This document shows positions 39,200 to 51,141 of a stretch of 64,000 nt of DNA, piece by piece. This DNA comes from Carcharhinus amblyrhynchos (Eukaryota). The notes under the pieces are model-generated. The model was not told the origin of the DNA. It did not search any database and saw only the letters and a list, made by a program, of their open reading frames with translations. The position numbers and the translations under genes are program-made. Numbering within the stretch: the stretch's first letter is position 1; each line of letters begins with the position of its first letter. The stretch covers positions 41,354,001 through 41,418,000 of the forward strand of contig OZ336883.1 of NCBI GenBank assembly GCA_965287045.1. Reading direction: 5' to 3'.

Positions 39200-41560
39200 G
39201 AGGGAAGGAGTACCCGTTGAAAAACAGATATTGTTTGTGGATAGACCTTTGAAGAACTTGCACTGGAACGGGGAAGGATTAAGTTGTCGTGATCCACATA
39301 GAATCATAGACATAGGTAGAACTGGTAATGCGGTTCCGTTGAGGGAATTTGAGGAACTAGATTTTAAATCACAATGCACAACTGCAGGGGTAATAATTTC
39401 TGGACTACCATCTAAGCCGGATGCAAGTTGGCTCACGGTTAGACAGATTAGAGAATTTGACATTGGTACAAATACTAGGGAAAGAGGGAGTTGCTATTCG
39501 TTGTACTTAAACTGAGCTGGGATCAACATCCTGGCAAATTTATAAGTACAGCTGTGAATGGAGCTTTAGTCTAAAGTGAGAGGTGAAGGGAAATTTAGAA
39601 TTCCAGAAGAGAAAAGTTAAGGCGATGTAGCAGTGTAACAATTTGGAAGAAGACAGCAGAGTGGGACAGGCAGTAATAAACAGAAACAGTGGTGTAAGTC
39701 ATCCACTGTGCTTGTAAATACACTGTATTAAAAAAAGTAGACTGCATTGGAATACATTTGAACTTGTACAATGTTTGAAATTATAGTTGAAACTTGTATA
39801 TCTGGTGTGCTAAGTAATTTTACAAGATGTAAATTTTTAATTTAAACTTTATGCATCAGTAATTGAAGTTCATCCATAACCTGGTATAAAAATTTGTAAT
39901 TAAATTTAAAGTTCTGTTGAGAGATGATAAACTTAAAATGTTAATGTTGCTTTTCTTCACAGATGTTGCCTGGCCTGTTAAGCATTCCTAGCATTTCTCA
40001 AAATATATTTCTCAAAATACATTATATATAAACAAAATGTATTTTGTTTTTATGAAAGCTTTTTAGTTGAATTCAGAAAACATTTATAAGGTAGACAAAC
40101 TAAGAGATTTTAAAAAACAAAATGCTGGAAATGCTCAACAGTTCTGGAATCATCAGCAGTTTCAATCAAGTCGCCTCTTACTCTTCTAAACTCTAATGGA
40201 TACATACCTCAGTAATCAACCTGCCCATTCTGGGTGTTAGTCTTGTAAAACCTCTCTGAACTTCTTCTAATGCATTTATATTTTTCCTGAAATAAGGAGA
40301 TCATTATTATACGTAATACTCCAGGTGTGATCTCACCAATACCCTGTTCAACTGATGCATTTACCTTCCTACCTTTGTAATCAATTTCCCTCACAATGAA
40401 TGATAACATTCTATTAGCTTTCCTAATTACTAGCTGTACCTATATACTAGCCTTTTGTGATTCATGCACAACAGAATCCAGATCCCTCTGCGCTACAGAG
40501 ACCTGCAATCTCTCACTATATAAATAAGAAACTTTTTTATTCATCCTGCCAAAGTGGACAATTTCACATTTGCCCATATTATACTCTATTTGCCAGATTT
40601 TTGCCTATTCACTTTATCTATGTCCAAATTAGCAAAGGTAGTCTGGAATATGGAGAATATGTAGCATGTTTTTGCAACAGTTTCCTGGAACAACTGGAAA
40701 CAACCAGGAATCAAGCAATTTTAGATTTGAGGAAGGGTTAATTATTAGTCTCACAGTAAAAAAAATGCTTGGGAAAAGTTATCCTAATTGGGTAAATGGA
40801 TTGAAAGGCCTGGTGATAAATAAGCAATAGAAAGAATTTAAAGAAACAACTAAAAAATTTAACAAAAATACATTTCATATAAAAACAAAATCTCAGTGGG
40901 AAAGATTTGTCTCTGACTACTAGGGAAGTTGAGAAGTATTAGATTAAAAGACAAGGCTTATAATGTTGCGAAAAGTAGTAGTAAGCCTGTGGATTGGGAA
41001 AGCAAAATGTTGATTAAAAAGAGTAAATATAGAATATCAGAATAAATCAGACAAATGTGAAACAGCTTGCAAGAGCTTTTACAGTGTGAAAAGGAGAGTA
41101 GCTAAATTGAGCTCTGATCCTATAGAAGCAGTGATCAGAGAAATTATCATGGTGAATGAGGAAATGGCTGAGATGAACAAATATTTTGTCTGTCTTCACA
41201 AAAAAAGACACAAATTACAATACCAGAAAAGAAAGGTAACAAAGAGGCTAATGTGGGTGAGGATCTCATGGTAATTATTATCAGCAGAGATAAAGAATTA
41301 GAGAAATTAAGGGACTAAAATGTTGATAAATTCCCAGGACCTGATGGTGTATATCCTTGGATACTAAAAGATGTAGTTGTAGAGGTATGCACAGGTTGTG
41401 ATTTTACAAAATTCCTTACATTTTTACAATAGAGCAAGCAGATAAGCAATTACCAAATATAGCATCACTATTCAAGTAAGGAGGGAGATAGAAAATTGGA
41501 AACTTCAGGCCTGATAACCTAATATGAGGTGTTGGGAAATAGCAGGAATCTAATTTTTAG
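39200..41560 (+). mobile_element. Highly degraded CR1: ORF1 esterase remnant (~39200-39590) and endonuclease/RT remnants (~40640-41560), interrupted by a minus-strand CR1 fragment (~40165-40620)
   Basis: VIISGLP and LREFEEL (ORF1); FLEQ..TRNQAILDL, EEMAEMNKYF and FPGPDG remnants. Confidence 0.6.
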
Positions 41561-44500
41561 GAAGCCTGAACATGAGATGATCAGGAAGTAGACAATTTGC
41601 CAGTAAGTATGATCTGACTGATTTTCTGTCTCAACTCCACTTTCTCTCCTGTTCCTCAAATTCTTGATCCCCTGAGAGATAAAAATAAATCTCCAGTCTT
41701 GAACATATTCAATGATTGCACGTCCACAACTCCAGGATTTTGACCCAGTGATACATTTCCAAGTCAGGATAGTGAGTGACTTGGAGGAGAACCGCCGCTC
41801 TTGTCCTAGATGGTAGTGATCGTGGGTTTGGATGGTGCTTGGTGAATTCCTGCAGTGCATCTCATAGATAATACAGATGGCTGCCACTGTTCATCAGCGG
41901 TGGAGCAATTGAATGTTTGTGGAAGGGCTACCAGTCAAGTGGGCTGCTTTGTCCTGAATGGTGTCAAGCTTCTTGAGTGCTCTTGGAGCTGCACTCATCC
42001 AGACAAGTGGAGAGTATTCTCTTACACTTCTGACTTGTGCTGTGTAAGTGGTGGACAGACTTTGGGGGGGGATCAGGAGCAGAGGCGGACTTGCAATGAA
42101 ACACTTCATGCCAAAGCATTAGGCCCCCGAGCAGTAAGGAGGCCCCATGCTGGCCGGTGGCTTTGGGGTACCAGTCAGAGCCTGAGAATTCTGAATTTGC
42201 TGATAGACTCGTTTGAACCTATCAGCAACTAGTGCAGAGCAACATCGGCCTCTGATTGATGGAGACCTCTTTGAGCGGATAAACACTGTACAAGATCATT
42301 GAGAGCTTGGTGACTTTGGAGGAGAGAGCACCAGTAACAAGGATCGTATTTTTTAAAACAGCAACCTAGGTTACTTAACCAGGGCTGAGAAGGCAAGATA
42401 GCCAAGCAGGCACTCATGAGCTTTAGGGCCAAGTGAAGAGGGCAGGCACTGGCTGGCAGTCATCAAGGGGAGCGACATGGGGCAACTCTCAACCCCATGT
42501 TAGGGCTGAGGAGTATGAGTGGGCAACCTAAGTATAAAAAAGAGGCAAGCCAATTTCTGAGCAGAGTCAGGGGTCAATGGAGGCTACAGCAGCCAAATCC
42601 AACATCGAGCTTTGCTTGGGTACGAAGATCAAGGAGGAAGTGCTAGCGGTTGTCGAAGGGAATAGTGCAAGTTGACGAAGCCAACAACAAGTCTGAGAGG
42701 ACTGCTGCACAATGAACTGAGGGTGGGTTAAGGAGGCAAGACGGCAGGCGAGGCATCTAGTGAGTGAGCCGGTACAGAGTGAGCCTGAGGTTGTTGTCAT
42801 CGAGCAGAGGTGAGGTGTGAGGTTTGAGGAGGTGCCAGCGGTTGTTTGGGGGGGGGGGGGGGGGGGGCGCTGGTGGGCACTGGGGTGACTCAACAAGGTC
42901 AGCATGGCTGAAGAGGCTAGTGGGCAAAGACGAGGTGAGGCCAGAAAGGCAGAAGGTGAGGCAGCTAGTGAGTGAGCCAGCACATTTCCTGAGATTGTTG
43001 TTGAGCAGAAGTGAGTTGTGAGGGCTGAGGAAGCACCAACAGTCATTGAGGGGAGCAATGGGTGAGGTGACCAGGCTAAAAGTCAGGCTGAGGAGGGCGA
43101 GTCAGCAATGAACCAAAGGTGAAGGCAAGGGCTGAGGAGGTCTGGCCAACTAAGGGCGAGATTGAGGCCATACCATAGCTAGGTAGCCAGTGAGCCCACA
43201 CAGACGGCAAGGTTGCCGAGTAAGCAGGGACAACGTGGATCCCAGGGCTGAGGAGGGCAAAAAAAAGCCTGCTCTTTCAGAAAATTTGTTCATTAAAACC
43301 ATAAATACAAATTGTTGTTGAAATGGATTATCTGTAGTTAAGTCTTCACAATCTCAAGACACAGGCTTTTGTTTCAAACTAGCCTGTTTTTGGTGACCTT
43401 GTGGTAGTGCAATGTGTTGGTGCTCTCATCCACTTGATGAGAGCTTGCTGTTAAGCACAGGATAAGCTACCAGGCTCATGCAAACTTCCTAGCAATTGCT
43501 TCATGTCTGACAATGGAGAAATTGGATTGTTTGGCTGCTTTCATCACTATGAGATGTGACATACTGAAAAAGGATGAGGCAAATAATTTTCTTTTTAAGT
43601 ATCTGGGAGTCACTGTATAAAGTAACTGGCAGGGGTTTAAATTGCTGCTTTCAATAGATTTGGTGAGTGTTAAATGAAGCATTGGCTTCATTTGGTCTGT
43701 ATTTGCATCACATTTTTCACCTTTGCTAGCAGAGGTTTTGATGTGTTTATCACAAGCTTGATGTTTTAAGATAATAATTCTAGAATCAATAGCACAATGC
43801 TGAGGTGCAGTATGATCACTCGGCTCCAAATTACAAAAAATGCCTTTCTTAAAGCCGAAAGCAGCTGAATCTAGATGCTGTAGCATTTTATGCCATATGA
43901 ATGAGAATTACAGCTCATGATCCATATCAAGTGAGTCATGCAGGAACCCAAGTTACCTTATGTGTGCTGAGCTACAATCACATTTCCTTAAAATAAATTA
44001 TCTGTAGGTTTAACTAATTTCTAATCAACTGCAGCTGAAAGCTTTATGTTAAATGGTTGCTGAGTTGTGAATACATTTACTGCTGCACTTTATTATCTTA
44101 CATTATCAAATCACACTTAAAAAAATAAACTCTCATCAACATAAACATGGATGGAGGTTTGAATAAAAATCTCCCAAGACAGTTCAGAAATGCATTGCAT
44201 TCAGTTTAACTGAATTAAATGTCTCCCAATAACTAACCAAATACGCTTCAGATTTTTTTCAAACATTTATATTTTATCAAAACTAAAATAGCCAATATTT
44301 TATCAAAAATAAAATATGCCTAAATAAATATCTATAAAAGACAAGCTATAATCAAAAGGTATTTTCAAGCAAACAGAAACAAATCTACATATAAAATAAA
44401 AACAGAAAATGCTTGATAAACTGAGGAGGTCTGACAGTATCTGTGGAGAGAGAAACAGATTTAACATTTTGAGAACAAATGACCCTTCTACAGAACAAAC

Positions 44501-47500
44501 ATACAACTGGACAACTTCAGAAATGAAGACAGAATATTCTATATTAACACCACTTAATAATAATATTATTAATAATTTAATTATTACAATTTCTTGTAAC
44601 ATATGTTCTCTTGTGGTGATGAGATGCATGCTGTAATGGGAGGGGAAGAATGAGGTGCTTACTTGCATTTGTTTATTGAAACATGTCAGAGAAAGATTTC
44701 TAGGACTCCGTCATCTCATACAAAGGCAGGAGAGCAGTCTTTGTGCTTTGATGAATCAATGAATAATTAATCCAAATTTTAAAAGTTCAAGAGATCAGGA
44801 TGATGAACAGGAAAATGTTGTAATCACTGTAGGGACCAGTAACTTTTAAAAAGAGATGAATTTCTGAGCAATCAGTGGGACATTTTCTGCTCCCTTTTTT
44901 TTGGGGTGTGTGAGGATTGGTGGTAGGAGTGGATAACCCTAAGGTGGTAGTAAAGTGTGATTTACACTGGCAGGATTTCTTGCCCCTTGCCAATGGCATG
45001 ACGGGAATCCCGATGTTCAATGTTGGGACCCACATTAGAATACATTTAAATGTTATCTTTGGGCTGTTACGCCACTATGAATGCACACTGATGTGAATCA
45101 TGATGGGTCTCCCATGCCATGCCACTGGCAAATCTGCCAGAGGAGCTCAGATGAATGCCTGTCTTGAGGAGAAGAGGGTCATGCCCAGACACAGCCCCCT
45201 GGCATTACCCGCTGGCACCAGGTAAAGGGGACATTTCAAAGCACAACCTTCCTGTGAAACCCAGCATTCAGGACACGAGAAATACGTGTATGTTGTAACT
45301 GAAAATATCACAGCAAACACTAAATCCCAGGATAAAACATTCCAAGGAAGGGAAGCAGAAGACCACAGGCAAAGCTACAAAGAACAGTCATCCAAAATAA
45401 CAAGAAGTCCAGTCAATCAGTTACTACAAGCAGAGTAGGAATTTTGCAAAATGTACTGGCTAAAGATCTCGACTTAGGTTACAGAGGATCTTTATTATAA
45501 AGTCCTGTTAAAACTAAGTCCATGCTTTTCTTCATAGTGATGTCAGAGTTATCAATGATTGACACCAGCTGAATATTTGTCCAAGCTAGCAGTGGTATTG
45601 TTGCATGATCCTGGCCATCTTTGATTACAGTAGAAATAGTAACATGAAGTTATCAAGTATTCTGTTTATGTTGGAGATTTAAAAGAAATCAGATGAAAGC
45701 CCAATATCATGCCATCAGTAAGGCTTGGTCATGTCAGAAAAGGGTGCCACTGAAAAAAATTCTGTTGAAAATGTCTGAAAATTACATTGCAATAAATTTA
45801 GACCACAAGAAATTCCATGTTGTTTAAATTTAGATTGCTTCAGATGTCTCACTTGCACAGTGTTTCTGTATATTGTCGTATTTTACAATTATGAAGTTCC
45901 ACAGCCTGTGTTAATTGAGACTGTCATTGTCAATGATAGAAAAAAAATAATAAACTTTTTACCTTAGCAACTGAAAAGGCTTACTTATAAATTTTTGCTG
46001 GGTGAATACTTGTTTTCCATTTTATGCAACTCGGTGATTTTAATGCAACTCAGTATTTTCAGGTTTAATTATATATCAGCATTTGGCAAAAGAAGGATGA
46101 GTACAAAATTGGTTGTATAAATTATCAAATTCCAACAAATTAAAACCAAAATTAAGTCACAGTGAAAGTTGTAGCAACGCCATTACAGCTAATCTCGATG
46201 TTATGAATGTCGTGGGTAATGAACTTTGAGATTTACATCTGTTACATTCATTTCACTGTTGGGATCATTCTCACAGTCAGATATGCTTTGTGCCATATCA
46301 ATCAACATGTTAATTTTTTTGTCATATATATGTCTTTTTGTTCATTATTGTCAATACGAACTGTTTCTTTATTCTTTCATTGGATGTAGGCATCACTGGC
46401 AAGGCTAGCCTTTGTTGCTCATCCCTAATTGCCCTTGAATTCAGTGACTAGCTAGTTCATTTCAGAGGGCAGTTAAGAGTCAATCGTTGCTGTGGATCTA
46501 GAGTCGGCTAAGTTAGATAAGGACAGCAGATTTTCTTCCTTGAGTACATTAATGAACCAGATAAATTTTCATGATAATTAATTATTGTTTCACGGTCACC
46601 ATTACGGATACTGGCTTTCCATATTTTATTAATTTAATTTAAATTATACTAGCTGCTTTGCTGCCATTTGAACCAGCGCCCCATGACCACTTGCCTAGCC
46701 TTCTGAATGACTAGACCAATGACATTACCATCATGCCACCACCTCCCAACCCCAGTTCCTGTCCATTACCAAATCTGCTTACTTCACCTGTAATATCACC
46801 TATCTCCCTGCCAATCTCAGCCCATCTGGTGCTGAACCTCTCATCCGTGCCTGGTTATCTCCAGACTCTCTTAGTCTAGTGTTCTGTGGACTTCGGTCCC
46901 ATTGTTCATCCTATGTAAACTGGAATTTTTCCAAACCTCTGCTACCTTTATCCTAATTCAGAAATCAATTAGGAAGGCAAATGGCACATTGGTGTTTATT
47001 ACAAAGGAACTGAAATGGAAATAAGGAAGTCTTGTTACAATCTACAATGCTGAAACCATTGTTGATTATTGGAAAAACCCATCTGGTTCAGTAACGTCCT
47101 CTAAGAAAGGAAATCTGCCATCCTTACCTGGACTGACCTACATGTGATTCCAAATCCACAGCAATGGTTGACTCTCGGCTGCCCTCTAAGGGTAACTAGG
47201 AATGGACAATAAATGCTGGCCAGCCAGCGACACCCATGTCCCACAAATTAATTAAAAAACCCCTGCATGTTTTCTTTCACCAAGTTTTTGGTCAGCTGTC
47301 CTGCTATCTCCTCATGCAGCCCAGAGTAAACTTATATTTGATGACTCCCCAGCAAGCACGGTTCATTGTACTATGCTTAAGTGCTGTGTGGACACAAGTT
47401 GTTGTCCTATCATATAAACATTTTGTTACCTATGGTATTCAATTAATTATAAGTAAAAGTATGTTGAAATCTAACTGTCAAATGTTTCACTAATACTTTA

Positions 47501-49470
47501 ATCAGTTTATAAGAAATGTAAACTGTTCAATAAAAATGTCAATATAACAAGGTTGGATTGGCTTGGTGAGTGGTGTGTCACTGAACTGTTCGGTTGAGGA
47601 AAGATATAGATTTCATCTTGTTTTGTGCTGAGTTTGAAAAATTCAGTTGGGGCAGCAAAGGAGCTTGTATAATTCATCTCTGTGCTTTGGCTGGGGAGAG
47701 AGACAAATTAGTTCGATACTCAGGAACACTCTGTTGGTAGATTTGACAGTCAAATGACTTGCTGCCCATTCACTTTCTAGGTTTATTCTGCTTCCTTTCT
47801 GATCCTGAATTTTATTTTGCTATTCCTCTATTCCTGTGTTTTTCCTTCATGTGCCTCTTTGTCTTTCCTTCCCTGCCTCTCCTTTTACTTCTACTCTTTC
47901 CCTTACTAGTGAAGCATTCCATGCAGTTTTATGTCCAAATATTGTTTGCATTGCAATTTTCTCTCTTTTTGATTTTGCTAATTTTATCTTGATTTGCCAA
48001 TGACACTTCAGCTTCTGAGGGAGCATTTGTGAAGAATTTTCAATTGCTGGGGGCTCCGAATGGAGATTTCTATACACAAAGGAACTCTGTACTTCACTCT
48101 TCTTAAAATACATTTTCAGAGTTACCTGTTTCCCTGTTTTTGTTATTTTCTTAAAACCCTGACTCTCAGTATTGCCTGTTTGATTTACTGTGATTGAGCT
48201 CCAGCCATAACCATTATTATTCATAACAAGGGGTGATGATGCATGTCTGAATACAGCAAGATAATATCAAAATTATTAAGATTTGGTCAGTTCAGTTGAA
48301 GTGGATTATGTGATGTATGTCAAGTGTGAAATTGGATGTTTATTATTTTGGCATTGTCTGGCCATTCAGGTGCAGGTTTGGAGAAGCAGGAAATATCATT
48401 CCCACATAAGTGTTGGTTGGAATCAAATGTTCAGAAATGTGCAAGGATTATTTGTACTAGCTAATTTATATCTGAAAAACTTCTTAAACGTAAAAATAAT
48501 AAGCAATATTGTTGATGATAATGTATTCTGATGCATATTAAATATCAAGGCTGTATCCATCAATTTAAGAACCTCTTAGCGACCAACTTAAAACATAGAT
48601 ATTGAAATTATGTTGGCTGGGCATAATTTACTTCTTCCTTTATGATGCATGTAACAGGAGCAATGATTTAAAAAAATGTCCACTTGTCACAAATAAAGCT
48701 GCAGAAAATACAAAAGAAATTCATAGGCCAAATCTTCCATGGAGTGGCAGTCACAATTGGATTGCCACTCTCGTCCTGTTTTCCTATCTTAGAATGGAGC
48801 TCCATATTTATCAGCCAGAATTCTGATCCATGCCTGTTTATAAATGTGGCTTGTTTCCTGCTCCTGGAGTCCTTCAGTGTTGTGATGGGGGGTTATGAAG
48901 CCATGCCCCCTTTGTATGGCTCTGTCAGCCATATATTGGGAAACTTATATGTCCCAAAGCCACTTGGACAAGTTAAGAGAGAAGAGATAAGTGTGTAAGG
49001 TAAGTGGATGAGAGGGTAGGATAGGTTGTTAAGAGAGATTGGTGGAGATAGCGGCAGTGTGAAGGAGAATTGTTCGGGCTGGGGGTTTGGATAGTCTGCT
49101 GATGGGTTGGTGGCAGTGTTGGAGGAGTCACTAGCGTAGTTATCCAAGAGTTTGAACTGATTTTAATTCAACTACAAGAAGTCTTGCAGCTTATTGAGAA
49201 ACCTCTCCTTTTAAATCTTCAATTTAGGTAAAAGCATCAGTTCATCTAAGAAACTACAGGCCAGCCACGAAAGAGAGACTGAGACAAACATACTTCATAA
49301 TCATATTTTTGTTTGTCATCTATATTTAATTTTTTGTCAGTGATAATGTGTATGAGTCGAGTGAGTGAGACCTTGCACTTTTTAAACATCTGTGATAATA
49401 AATAATATTTATTTCAAATCTCACAAAAGTTTTCTGCTGGGTTCATTTAAGTTGGAACTCTGAGGGTAAG

Positions 49471-51141
49471 AAAAATACATACATTTCCCACATAGAACAC
49501 ATTGATTATGGACAGAAAAAAAATGTACATTTCTGTCCATCACAATGATATTAGAATGGTTTAAGACACACCACCCTCTTCTCTCTTCAACATTGGTGTA
49601 CTTCACCTATAGATCTTGACCTTAGTTTCTTGATTGTAAAACAAAAATACTGTGATATCCAAATCCACTTGAATCACTATTTTTTTCATTGTACACATTT
49701 GCACTCCTTCTGGAAAGATCTGTACTCTTTTTAGATCCATTCCCCCATTCTGTCCCCATCGCTTTGCAAGTTTATTTCCCTCAAGGGCACATCCAGTTTT
49801 CTTCAGAAATTGTTGATCATTTCTGCTGCCACTGCACTCAAAATCATTACCACTCACTGTGTAAAAAATTGCTCTTCCTCAAACCTCAATACCCACCACT
49901 TCTTTTGCCCAAAATCATAAATCTACATTCCCTAACAGCTTTTTTTTGTCTACCTTATCTAAACTATCATAATCTAATATCTCTGTCAAATCTCTGCTAA
50001 CCTTTTGCCGCAAGGAGAACAGCCCAGCTTCTCCAATCTAACTTTGGAGCTAAAATCTCTCATCCTAGGAAGCATTCTAATAAATCTACTTTGCACCCTT
50101 TCAAGAACTTTCACATCCTTTTTAATGTGTGGTGACCAGGACTGGCTACAGTACACTCCAGTTATTGTCTTGTCAGAGCTTTATATAGGTTGAGCATAAT
50201 TTTTCGACTTTTGTACTCAATGCTTCTATTTTATACTCTGCTAATTACTCTCTCAGTATGTCCTTTTACCTTCAAATATCAATGCATATGAATTCTCAGG
50301 ACCTATGCACCTGTTGGAACTATTACTACTTCCTATCCCAGGGATAGGAAATGGTAACAGTTCCAACAAGTGCACATATGACAAAGATTCATCATTGCAT
50401 ATGTTTATTAAATTCCCTAATCTGCCACTTGTCTGTCCGTCTGCTAAGTACCTATATCCTGTTGCAGTCAACTAGTTTTATCCTAATTTTTTGCCGCACC
50501 TCCAAGTTTGGTATCATAAGCAAATTTTGATATATTACTCTGTATTCCAATATTTATGTCTAGTTTTTCACTTCTCTTTCCCTCTCAACCTAATGTATTT
50601 GGAATAAAAACAGAAAGTGCTGGAAACACTGTGCAAGTCTGGCAGCGTTTGTGGAGAGAGAAACGGTTAACATTTCGAGTTGAATATGGCTCTCCTTTTG
50701 AACTTCATTATTGTGTTTGGTCTGGTTCTCATTTCAAGAATTTATCTGGGATGCGTCATATTCTCTAGCCTCCTCACCAATCATGGAGCCCAGTCTCTGG
50801 TTTCCCTGTCTTTTGCTTTTGTTAGAATGTACCTAGCCAGTACCCAAAATAAGCCCTTCAAGATCACCCATTGTTCTATTAGTGAGAGTACAGATCTTTC
50901 CAGAAGGAGTGCAAATGTGTACAATGAAAAAATTAGTGATTCAAGTGGATTTGGATATCACAGTATTTTTGTTTTACAATCAAGAAACTAAGGTCAAGAT
51001 CTATAGGTGAAGTACACCAATGTTGAAGAGAGAAGAGGATGATGTGTCTTAAACCATTCTAATATCATTGTGATGGACAGAAATGTACTTTTTTTTCTGT
51101 CCATGATCAATGTGTTCTATGTGGGAAATGTATGTATTTTT
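49471..51141. repeat. Inverted duplication, arms ~49471-49728 and ~50885-51141, enclosing a degraded CR1 (~49730-50540)
   Basis: The ~257-bp arms are near-perfect reverse complements. Confidence 0.92.

Noticed and set aside
42567-44668. ORFs of 120-160 aa on the minus strand
   Set aside because: Low-complexity or random composition, no domains and no splice context.
45229-45438. ~70-codon hydrophilic open stretch as a TALPID3 exon
   Set aside because: No convincing acceptor/donor pair, it ends in a stop, has no similarity to recalled TALPID3, and follows a MITE-like sequence.
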